Origin: a virus
DNA: 58,443 nucleotides
IMG/VR virus record: IMGVR_UViG_3300045988_162434
Span: 64,001-122,443 of that record
Strand: one strand, 5' to 3'
This document shows, in pieces, positions 38,376-47,200 of the stretch. The notes below the pieces were generated by a model. That model was not told where the DNA came from, did no database searches, and saw only the letters and a list, made by a program, of their open reading frames with translations. The position numbers and the translations under genes were made by a program. Positions within the stretch are counted from its first letter, which is position 1; the number at the start of each line of letters is the position of its first letter.

Positions 38376-38924
38376 ATGGATAAATACAAGAGTATGAAAG
38401 ATACCTTAGTTGCTCAAGTTCAAACTCAATTAGGCAACTTAGAGAATGTTGATGCAAAAGAGCTTGGAGAGGTTGTAGATATGATCAAAGACCTTGAAGA
38501 AGCAATGTACTATTGTTCTATAACAAAAGCAATGGATGAAAGTGAGCGTCAAAAGTCTAGACAGCATTACTATTCAGAACCATATTATGGTTATGAGGGA
38601 AGAATCTCTCCAGATTATAGAGATATGGACAGAGATAAGTGGAATAGAATGTATTATGGCGGACAGCCGGTGGATGGAAACCATATGTCTAGAGGAATGG
38701 AGTCTATGGGACGTGACAGCCGCGAAGGTAGAAGTCCTATGAGCAGACGTTCTTATATGGAATCTAAAGAAATGCATCAAGATAAAACATATCAAATGAA
38801 AGAATTAGAAAACTATATGAAAGAATTATCTTCTGATATTACAGAGATGATTGCAGATGCTTCTCCTGAAGAAAAACAATTACTTAAACAAAAAATGACT
38901 ACTCTTATGAGTAAGATTGTTTAA
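38376..38924 (+). CDS. hypothetical R/Y/M/S-rich low-complexity protein (about 182 aa; alternative start at 38370)
   Basis: GGAGGG lies only 2 nt before ATG 38370 but 8 nt before ATG 38376. Composition is disordered and Tyr/Arg-rich. Confidence 0.6.
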   Translation: MDKYKSMKDTLVAQVQTQLGNLENVDAKELGEVVDMIKDLEEAMYYCSITKAMDESERQKSRQHYYSEPYYGYEGRISPDYRDMDRDKWNRMYYGGQPVDGNHMSRGMESMGRDSREGRSPMSRRSYMESKEMHQDKTYQMKELENYMKELSSDITEMIADASPEEKQLLKQKMTTLMSKIV

Positions 38925-39248
38925 TTGTTTACAATAAATGGAGAAACATGGTATATAGTATTTGTTCCTTCTAATTCTTTTGTTCTTTATAGAAGTGATG
39001 GTTCTCTTAGTATCGCCATGTGTGATGACGATACTAAAACCATATATATTAGTAATCAAATAAAAGGTAATTTTCTAAGAAAAGTCCTTTGCCATGAGAT
39101 AACTCATGCGGCAATGTTCTCTTATAATGTTAACCTAACTGTAGACCAAGAAGAGCTATTAGCTGACCTTGTAGCTACTTATGGCTACGAAATTATTTAC
39201 ATTACAAATGAGATATTTAGAAAATTAAAATGGGAGTCTTATTATTAA
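38925..39248 (+). CDS. small HExxH zinc-metallopeptidase-like protein (ImmA/IrrE- or SprT-like motif CHEITHAAMF), 107 aa, TTG start
   Basis: HEITH motif preceded by hydrophobic residues, as in ImmA/IrrE-type peptidases. The TTG start overlaps the upstream stop. No adjacent HTH partner. Confidence 0.45.
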   Translation: MFTINGETWYIVFVPSNSFVLYRSDGSLSIAMCDDDTKTIYISNQIKGNFLRKVLCHEITHAAMFSYNVNLTVDQEELLADLVATYGYEIIYITNEIFRKLKWESYY

Positions 39249-39266
39249 GACTCCCATATTTTTATT
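39230..39266. terminator. bidirectional rho-independent terminator at the convergence of the late (+) and early (-) modules (12-bp stem ATGGGAGTCTTA / TAAGACTCCCAT, T-runs on both sides)
   Basis: Perfect inverted repeat overlapping the stop of the + strand gene, 4 nt from the ruvC stop. Flanked by AAAATTAAA and ATTTTTATT. Confidence 0.7.
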
Positions 39267-39269
39267 ATA

Positions 39270-39761
39270 TCAAAAAGCAGATTTTTTCTTATCACCCAAA
39301 CAATAGGCATGACCAATTCCTATTGCATCAGCTTCATCATCATTAACTGTTTTATTATAATTTTCTTTTACAAAATCAATATCTAGTTGTTTTAAGACAT
39401 TTCGCGTAATACCTCTACCTGTGTGGATCCCGCACTTAGCTCGCCATTCTGAACTTGTAAAAAATTCCATTTTTAATTTATTATGTCTATGCAGCATAAT
39501 AGCAATACTACCTTGTGCGTACGTTAGTGCTTTATAAACAGTCGTATTATGTCCACAAAAAGCTGGTAATGGATCTTCTACAATAACTTTATTTATTGAG
39601 TCTATATCTACTTTTTCTTCTAATTCTTTTGTTATTTTTTCTATTCTCTCTAAGACAGACGCGGACGTTGCTGTGATACAACCAGACTGGATTAGTTCTC
39701 CCTCATCGAAAACCGCGTATCCTGTAGACTTAGTAGAGATATCTAATGCTAAAACTTTCAT
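39270..39761 (-). CDS. ruvC: RuvC-family Holliday junction resolvase
   Basis: N-terminus MKVLALDISTKSTGYAVF and acidic residues typical of phage/lactococcal RuvC resolvases. RBS AGGAGG. Confidence 0.8.
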   Translation of the reverse strand: MKVLALDISTKSTGYAVFDEGELIQSGCITATSASVLERIEKITKELEEKVDIDSINKVIVEDPLPAFCGHNTTVYKALTYAQGSIAIMLHRHNKLKMEFFTSSEWRAKCGIHTGRGITRNVLKQLDIDFVKENYNKTVNDDEADAIGIGHAYCLGDKKKSAF

Positions 39762-39786
39762 TTACATACCTCCTATTGTTACTCTT

Positions 39787-39815
39787 ATTATATCACAAAA
39801 TTTTTATCCTGTCAA
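39787..39815 (-). promoter_or_regulatory. consensus sigma-A promoter TTGACA-17-TGaTATAAT for ruvC
   Basis: The minus strand reads TTGACAGGATAAAAATTTTGTGATATAAT, followed by AGGAGG and the ruvC ATG. Confidence 0.7.
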
Positions 39816-39816
39816 A

Positions 39817-39853
39817 TTAAAAAAATAGGAAACCTACAAAGTAGATTTCCTAT
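39817..39853 (-). terminator. rho-independent terminator after dut (hairpin ATAGGAAAC-CTAC ... GTAG-ATTTCCTAT, then T7 on the minus strand)
   Basis: Inverted repeat with a T-run on the transcribed strand. Confidence 0.6.
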
Positions 39854-39912
39854 TAAAAAAGTTCAAAACCAATTTTCAATTCTTAATACGAGTGTAAGCG
39901 TTCCAAGCTCAA

Positions 39913-40347
39913 TTAGGCACCCGTTGATCCAAAACCGCCTGTACCTCTAACAGTCTCAGATAATTCATTAACTTCTTCAAACTCCATTGGAATAAAAGGC
40001 ATCAGTACAAGTTGAGCAATTCTTTCTCCTGGTTCAACACATTTTGGCTCAAATGAATCATTATGAATAGCTACGATATATTCTCCTCGGTAGTCGGCAT
40101 CGCAAACACCAATGCAGTTAGCCGGACGGAGACCTTTTTTTGTAGCAAGACCGCTTCTAGCAAAAATTGCTCCAAAAGTATTCTCTGGTAACTCAAAAGC
40201 TAAACCAGTACCTATCTTAACCGTACTGTGCGGTTGAATCCAAATAGTTGATTCTGTAGCAGCATATAAATCATAGCCAGCAGCGTATTCAGAACCTCTT
40301 GTTGGAATTTTTGCTAAATCATTTAATTTCTTAAATTTAATTTGCAT
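39913..40347 (-). CDS. dut: dUTP pyrophosphatase
   Basis: Motifs AAGYDLYA, RSGLA, GVCDADYRGE and C-terminal RGTGGFGSTG. Start set at MQIKFKK (GGAGG upstream, overlapping the upstream gene) rather than the track start at 40377. Confidence 0.9.
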   Translation of the reverse strand: MQIKFKKLNDLAKIPTRGSEYAAGYDLYAATESTIWIQPHSTVKIGTGLAFELPENTFGAIFARSGLATKKGLRPANCIGVCDADYRGEYIVAIHNDSFEPKCVEPGERIAQLVLMPFIPMEFEEVNELSETVRGTGGFGSTGA

Positions 40348-40600
40348 CTGGGAAAGAACCTCCAATCTTAAAGTCAATATCTACAAAACTATCTGGTTCT
40401 TTTTCAGAATTAAAACAAAGAGTAGCCTTGACTAACTCGTATTCTTCAATAACTTCACCCTTTTGCTTAATTTCTTTATGCTGATATTCAAATTTTTTAA
40501 GTTCAAATCTATTATCATTTTTAAGTTCAGTATGTAAAGCTTCAACATCATTTACATTTGGAACTCGAATTGTTTCTACAATCTGTGTTAAATAATTCAT
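40337..40600 (-). CDS. hypothetical protein (87 aa)
   Basis: ORF in an operon, overlaps the dut start. Confidence 0.6.
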   Translation of the reverse strand: MNYLTQIVETIRVPNVNDVEALHTELKNDNRFELKKFEYQHKEIKQKGEVIEEYELVKATLCFNSEKEPDSFVDIDFKIGGSFPDAN

Positions 40601-40611
40601 TTTATATCTCC

Positions 40612-40884
40612 TTATAAAATAGTAATTTTCAAATCATTTTTCTCAAATTCGGTTGTTATAGCTAACTCATCCTTATATTTTTGAGCGATCGCCTGTCCGC
40701 CCATTAGCAATACTTCATCAATTTCTGGATAGTTTGAAACATAAGATTTAATTGAAGGTACTACATCATTAATCGGTACGTTCATTTCAGATAAAACCTT
40801 TTTACCGTCTAATACTGCAACAGTATGTTTTTTTGTATATGTACAAACATCAGCTAATATTTTCAATATTCTAAAACACCCCAA
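40612..40884 (-). CDS. hypothetical protein (about 85-90 aa; TTG start uncertain, alternative TTG at 40866)
   Basis: ORF with only TTG candidates as starts. Overlaps the upstream gene. Confidence 0.5.
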   Translation of the reverse strand: MGCFRILKILADVCTYTKKHTVAVLDGKKVLSEMNVPINDVVPSIKSYVSNYPEIDEVLLMGGQAIAQKYKDELAITTEFEKNDLKITIL

Positions 40885-41222
40885 TCATAATCAAATAAAT
40901 AATAAAGGAAATCTTCATCGCCAATTCTTAGCCAGATTTCATACTTTCCATCATCTTGAAGAGTAATATCAGTAACCTGTCCTCTATTATGGAACAACTC
41001 TATGATATCATTTTTTACTGTCTCTATTGTTGGTTCTCCACTCAAATTAAAAACAGTATAATCTCTTCTTTCATTACTAAGAAGCATAAAATAATTATTG
41101 TCTTGTTCAAGCATCCACTTTGCTATTTTATGACATAATTTATTTATAGCAATTCCATCATACGGCTTAATCTGCGCCATATTTGTTTTATTTAATTCAT
41201 AAAGCGTAAAACTATTTTTCAT
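40863..41222 (-). CDS. hypothetical protein (119 aa)
   Basis: ORF in the operon. Confidence 0.6.
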   Translation of the reverse strand: MKNSFTLYELNKTNMAQIKPYDGIAINKLCHKIAKWMLEQDNNYFMLLSNERRDYTVFNLSGEPTIETVKNDIIELFHNRGQVTDITLQDDGKYEIWLRIGDEDFLYYLFDYDWGVLEY

Positions 41223-41260
41223 TTTATTTTCTCCTTTTGTTAAATTATAACAAATTTTTA

Positions 41261-41452
41261 TTAAAGAGTCAATTTTACTAATTCTTTTGCGAGGTTCTCT
41301 GGTGTGATCTCCTCTTGTATAACTGGATTGCTATATAATAACTTAAAAAATTCAAGAAAAAGATATTCTTGTTCCTCTGACTCTTCAAGCATGTCAGCGT
41401 ATAAACGCCATTGCTGACATGCTTTTGAAGTTATTTCTTCTAGTTTCATCAT
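41261..41452 (-). CDS. hypothetical acidic small protein (63 aa) immediately downstream of nrdD
   Basis: Overlaps the nrdD stop by 4 nt. Not NrdG-like (no radical-SAM Cys motif). Confidence 0.5.
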   Translation of the reverse strand: MMKLEEITSKACQQWRLYADMLEESEEQEYLFLEFFKLLYSNPVIQEEITPENLAKELVKLTL

Positions 41453-43605
41453 AAATGCAGTACCCGATCATGGATCTCTTGTGTTCGTCCAGGGTTCCAA
41501 TAATTAACTCCTATATAACCACAAGTCCTTCTTGCAATATTCATTTTATTGGTGTCTATATTACCGCACTGAGGGCATTTCCAATATAAATGATTTGTTT
41601 CTCCTTCAAGAGTAATTTCTCCATCAAAACCACACACTTGACAATAATCTGATTTAGTGTTTATTTCTGCATACATAATATTTTCATATATAAACTGAAT
41701 TACAGAAATAATTGCTTCTATATTATGTTGCATATTTGGAACTTCAATATAGCTAATTGCGCCACCAGGAGACAGCTTCTGAAATTCTGCCTCTTTTGCA
41801 AGCTTACTAAAGGCATCAATTTTTTCTCTTACATTGATATGATAACTATTTGTAATATAGTCATAACCTTCGCTTAAATCTTCCCATTCTTTACCAAATC
41901 TTTCTTTTAGACATTTAGCAAATTTATAAGTTGTGCTTTCCAATGGCGTTCCATAAACAGAATAATCAATATCTTCTGCTGCTTTCCATTCATTACAAGC
42001 ATCATTTAATCTTTGCATAACAGATAAAGCAAATTTTTTTCCTTCTTCTGTTGTATGTGAAAGTCCAGTCATATATTTCGTACACTCATACAATCCTGCA
42101 TAACCAAGAGAAATCGTTGAATATCCATGATATAATAGCTCATCTATTACGTCATCTTTACCAAGTCTTGCAATAGCACCATTTTGCCAAAGAATAGGTG
42201 CTGTACTAGTTGGAGTGCCTAACAATCTATCATGGCGGCAACGCAGTGCCTTATGACAAAGTTCAAGTCTTTCATTCAATATATTCCAAAAATCTTCAAC
42301 ATTTTTCTTTGAAGAAAGCGCAACATCAGCTAAATTAAGAGTAACTACACCCTGATTAAATCGTCCATAATATTTGGAACCCGCAACATAGTTCTTTGCA
42401 TTTGCATAGTTTTTATCTGTTCTGTCTACTGTGAGAAATGATCTGCAGCCCATACAAGGATATATCGCTCCATCTTTCATATCTCTTTGAACCTTATTTG
42501 AAATATAGTCTGGAACCATTCTTTTTGCAGTACATTTAGCAGCTAATTCGGTTAAATAATAATATTTACTTCCAGGATAAACATTCATATCATCAAGAGC
42601 ATAAATCAATTTTGGAAAAGCCGGCGTAATATAAACGCCTTTTTCATTCTTTATTCCTAAAATTCTTTGATTTAATACTTCTTCAATTACCATTGCTAAA
42701 TCTTCTCTGTTTTTACCTTCTTCAACTTCTGCAAGGTTCATATAGACAGTAATAAAAGGTGTTTGTCCATTTGTTGTCATTAAAGTTAAAATTTGATATT
42801 GAATTGTTTGCACACCAGCTTCAATATCTTTCCGAACCATTTTTTCTATAACTTCTTCTGATAATTCTGGATAAATTCTTTTAAAAGTTTTTCTCGTTTC
42901 TTCAACAAAAGGAGATAAATGAGCTAATGAAATACTCTGTCCACCATATTGAGAACTAGCAACCTGAGCAACGATCTGAGTTGCTACATTCGCGGCAGTT
43001 GAGAATTTATGTGGCTTATCTATCGCGGTCTTGCTTATGATAGTGCCATTCTGGAGCATGTCCTCCAAGTTTATAAGACAGCAGTTATAAATAGGCTGAA
43101 TAAAATAGTCTTCATCATGGAAGTGAATTATTCCTTGCTTATGTGCTTCTACGATAGCCTTTGGGAGCAATCTTCTCTCGGATATGTCTTTGGAAACGGC
43201 GCCCGCAATGTAGTCTCTTACTGTTGTTGATAATTGAGAATCTTTATTAGAATTTTCTGTTGTGTAATAAGAATTAGTGTTTTTAACAATTTCATCAATT
43301 ATATCGTCAACAGTGTTTTTTCTTGCAGCGGTTCTATTCTCCCTATAAAGTAAATAAGATTTTGCGACATCTTTTCTTTTAGTTGACATTAAGCCTTTTT
43401 CAACTAAATCTTGAATCTCTTCTATTGTTAATGGATGATCTGCTTTTTCCGCGTAATCTGCAATATAATCTGCTATATTACCACTTTTTATTAAAGCATA
43501 ATCAGTTATTTCTTTATCGACATCTTTAAAAGCATTTAATACAGCATCTACAATTTTCATATGGTCAAAATCTACTAATCGACCATCTCGTTTAATAATT
43601 TTCAA
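41449..43605 (-). CDS. nrdD: anaerobic ribonucleoside-triphosphate reductase (class III RNR)
   Basis: N-terminal ATP cone MKIIKRDGRLVDFDHMKIVDAV. C-terminal glycyl-radical motif RRTCGYIGV. Zn ribbon CQVCGF ... CPQCGN. Confidence 0.9.
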   Translation of the reverse strand: MKIIKRDGRLVDFDHMKIVDAVLNAFKDVDKEITDYALIKSGNIADYIADYAEKADHPLTIEEIQDLVEKGLMSTKRKDVAKSYLLYRENRTAARKNTVDDIIDEIVKNTNSYYTTENSNKDSQLSTTVRDYIAGAVSKDISERRLLPKAIVEAHKQGIIHFHDEDYFIQPIYNCCLINLEDMLQNGTIISKTAIDKPHKFSTAANVATQIVAQVASSQYGGQSISLAHLSPFVEETRKTFKRIYPELSEEVIEKMVRKDIEAGVQTIQYQILTLMTTNGQTPFITVYMNLAEVEEGKNREDLAMVIEEVLNQRILGIKNEKGVYITPAFPKLIYALDDMNVYPGSKYYYLTELAAKCTAKRMVPDYISNKVQRDMKDGAIYPCMGCRSFLTVDRTDKNYANAKNYVAGSKYYGRFNQGVVTLNLADVALSSKKNVEDFWNILNERLELCHKALRCRHDRLLGTPTSTAPILWQNGAIARLGKDDVIDELLYHGYSTISLGYAGLYECTKYMTGLSHTTEEGKKFALSVMQRLNDACNEWKAAEDIDYSVYGTPLESTTYKFAKCLKERFGKEWEDLSEGYDYITNSYHINVREKIDAFSKLAKEAEFQKLSPGGAISYIEVPNMQHNIEAIISVIQFIYENIMYAEINTKSDYCQVCGFDGEITLEGETNHLYWKCPQCGNIDTNKMNIARRTCGYIGVNYWNPGRTQEIHDRVLHL

Positions 43606-43655
43606 TTTTCTTCCTCCTAATCAGTTAATTATGCTAAGGAAAAATATCCTATATT

Positions 43656-44222
43656 TTATTTCCAATTATTATAAGCGAGTTTAATTTCTTTTGTCACTTG
43701 ATTCCCAATTTGCCACAATGCTCTGGTGCTATCTATTGAAAAATATGGAAATGGAATGTTTTTAAAATCTTCATTATCAGCTTTATACCTTCTAATGATT
43801 TCATCACAATCTGGTTCGAATTCCCTATTTAACTGTCTTAAAAGTCTAATTTTATTAGGAGCTTTTAATTCAATCGGATAAACAAAAATACGCTCATCTT
43901 CCATTAGACTTTGAATACCAGCAATATTTAATACACCAATATTTATAACGTCTTCTTTTAAACAAGAGATTGGTGTTCCATAATACCAATTATTAAATTC
44001 ACAATATTCAAGCATTTCTTTATTAAGAATTTTCTTTTGAAATTCCTCTGTTGTTATAAAATTATACGATAAACCATCTATTTCCTGTTCACGCGGCGGC
44101 CGCGTCGTATCTGAAATAAGTCTGTTAAATTCTGGGTTTTGTGACATTACAGATGCAAGTGTAGAATCCTTGCCCGAACCTGCAGGTCCGAACAAGGCTG
44201 CTACAAAATATTTCTCTTTCAA
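43656..44222 (-). CDS. guanylate kinase-like nucleoside monophosphate kinase
   Basis: P-loop GPAGSGKDST and TTRPPREQEIDGLSYNFIT (Gmk signature). Confidence 0.7.
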   Translation of the reverse strand: MKEKYFVAALFGPAGSGKDSTLASVMSQNPEFNRLISDTTRPPREQEIDGLSYNFITTEEFQKKILNKEMLEYCEFNNWYYGTPISCLKEDVINIGVLNIAGIQSLMEDERIFVYPIELKAPNKIRLLRQLNREFEPDCDEIIRRYKADNEDFKNIPFPYFSIDSTRALWQIGNQVTKEIKLAYNNWK

Positions 44223-47200
44223 TTATTCATCCTCCTCTTCAGAAGTGTTGCTACTCCAACGTTCGTGTGTTATAGCTATTTCATTACCTTTTACTTCTGT
44301 TATTTTATAAAGTTGATGACCTATTGTGTTTTTATATGTTTTTCCAACGAATTGGTCATCTCTTCTAAAACCTGTTATCATAAGCATAGTTCCACGCTTA
44401 AACCAAGATTTTTCTTTTACGTGTTTTTTACCATCTGGACCAATATCAGAAATCTGCTTTTTAAACATTGCATAATATTCTCTTGTAAACTTTACATCAA
44501 CTACTCCAGAAGTAGTAAGTAATGTAATCATACTTTTTGAATCATTTTTATCAATAACCGTACCAGCAATTCTGCTTAATTTATAAATAGGAATTTGTCG
44601 TTGACCTCTCTTAAAGAAATAATCAACAGGTTCTGACTCTAATTCATTAAAATCTCTAATTCCATACTTATTAAAATCAATATTTGCTAATTCATGTTCT
44701 CTATGATAAAAACATAATGCATCCATTTCCCAATGAGAAACTGTTCCAAAAGCATATTTATCCCAAGCATCTTTAAAAATCTTTTGATTATAAGCTTTTA
44801 ATATACTTTCTGAATTATCTTTAATCCAATTTCTAGCATTATCCATTTGCTTTTTATATATTTTATCCCAATCAGTTTGTAAAATACAGACTACTCCATT
44901 GATGATTTGTAATTTATCACTACAATCAGAATAAAATTTATCAAAGAATGAAATTGCTTCATTATTGAAAGTATAATATCTACCAACCTTAAAATTTTTA
45001 AGAAACTTATTAAAGTTAAAAACTCTAATTTCAAGTTCAAGTTCTTTAGGTACCAAGCCCGCCTCAATTAAACCATTAAAATTCTGTAAAGTAATTCTCT
45101 TTTTAAGACCACATTCATTATAAAGATAATAACCCATAATCATCTTTCGATTACCTAAACCATTCTTTTCAATTTCATCAAAAGCACCAGCTTTAATTAA
45201 GTTAATCATCGCGGTTTTAGTTAATTTACATCTTAACATAAAATCTTTTAAACTACTATATGGTCTACCAGATTTAATTTTATCAATAACATCATCTCCA
45301 ATATTACTAATACCTTTTAATCCAAAAAGAATTTGATTATTTTCAATATCTGGCATAAATGTAAAATCAGATCTGTTTATATCTACTAATGAAACTTTAA
45401 TTCCTTTTGTTGTAATATCTCCAATCGCAGTGGCTATTTTACCATAATTAGTAGATTTTTTAATCTTCTTTTTTTCTTGGTGTCCGGGCAAATCTATATA
45501 ATCATATGTTTCAAAATCTTCTGGTTCATATATATTAACAATCTCTTCTTCATGTTCTTCTTCAAGAGATCCGCTGTTCACTCTAAGACATGCAGTGTCC
45601 CAAAAAATTGGATTCCAATGTGTTCCAATATATAAAGTCTGATATCCAATAAAACTGTATGCAATGGCGTGTATAACTGAGAAAGAATAACCCATCTGAG
45701 GTCCGATTCCGCATTCCCATACGTAAACGCCAAGAGCTTTAGATTTTGCCTGTTGGAGAACTTTTTCTCTCAAAGCCGGAATCTTAGACATCTGCTTTTT
45801 ACCTACAATTTTTCTTGCGGCATTCGCTTCCGCGAGGCTAAATCCACAAATATCTTTATCCATTAACATTGTCATCAACTGCTCTTGTGAAGGCGGAACT
45901 CCATATGATTTTAAGAAATGAGGTTCAAGAGCTTTCATTTCATCCTCTGTTAAACCATATCTTCTCATTTCTTCATACCAAAGATTGATATTATTTTTAA
46001 AACGAATATACTTATCCATTGGTGTTTCCGCACCTTGTTCTGATGTCATCAATCTCATCAACCCATTGGCATCTGCCATCTCAAGTATAGATTTTGGATG
46101 AATCTTCTTTGCTGCTTGAGATCCTACAACTGAATCAAACTGAAAAGTATCAAGAACAGTTCCCGCTTGAAGAGCATTCCAACATTTTTTATCATCGAGT
46201 GGAAGATTCTCTGGTTGAAACATTTCGTTGTATATTTCTCTTAAAGTTTTGTTCTTATCAATTTCTCCATACTGCTGAAGTAATTTAATTGCTTCAACAA
46301 GTTTGTCTTGAACTGAAGTAACCAAGAAATCATATTTTGTCATGCCTGCTGATTCTGCATCATGTAAATCATATTGAGTAATGACATCTCCACTTGGAGT
46401 TCTCATAAAGCAACCAAATTCAAATGGATCTTCATCAAAAAGAATTACTCCTGATGCATGAGAACCTCGTTGTTTAATAAGACCTTCAATAGCAAACATA
46501 ATATCCATTAAACCTGGATATGTTTCTACTTCATTAACAAAAGTTGAAACTGTTTTTCTACCTTTTTCTGTATTTCCATATACCACATCTTTTAATGACC
46601 ATAAAAACCCTCTTTCCTGTGGAACAAGAGAAGATAAATATTGAGAAGTATCAATATCAATTCCATCTGGACACTCTTCACTTCTATATCCTCTACAAGC
46701 TGTTTGAATCGCAGATTTTGTAGTTTCCGTTCCAAAAGTCGCAATAAGAGTACATCCACAATTTGCTTTAACAATAGGAGGAATACTAGATAAGAATTTT
46801 TTACCTCTCTCTTTCTTTATCTCATTTAAGATGCGCGGACGCTTTGAAGGACACAAATCTAGATCTATATCTCCTAATTCTGTACGTTCTTTATTGAGAT
46901 ATCTCCAGAATGGAAGTTCCCATTTTAATGGATCAAGCTGTGTGATACCAAGCAAATAGTGATTTAATCCTGAACAAGAAGAACCTCTTCCCGCGCCAAC
47001 CATACTTCCGCATTCCCAAAATAAATCAACATAATGTTGAAGTGTTACTGGATATGCAAACATATTAGTTTCAAGCTTTTTTCCTATTGTTTTTTTAATA
47101 TCTGCTTCATATTCAAGTCTATCAAGATAATCAAATCCTTCGTTAATTAAATCATAAGTCGTCCATTCTTTTTTATTACATAAATTTGTTAAACATTCAT

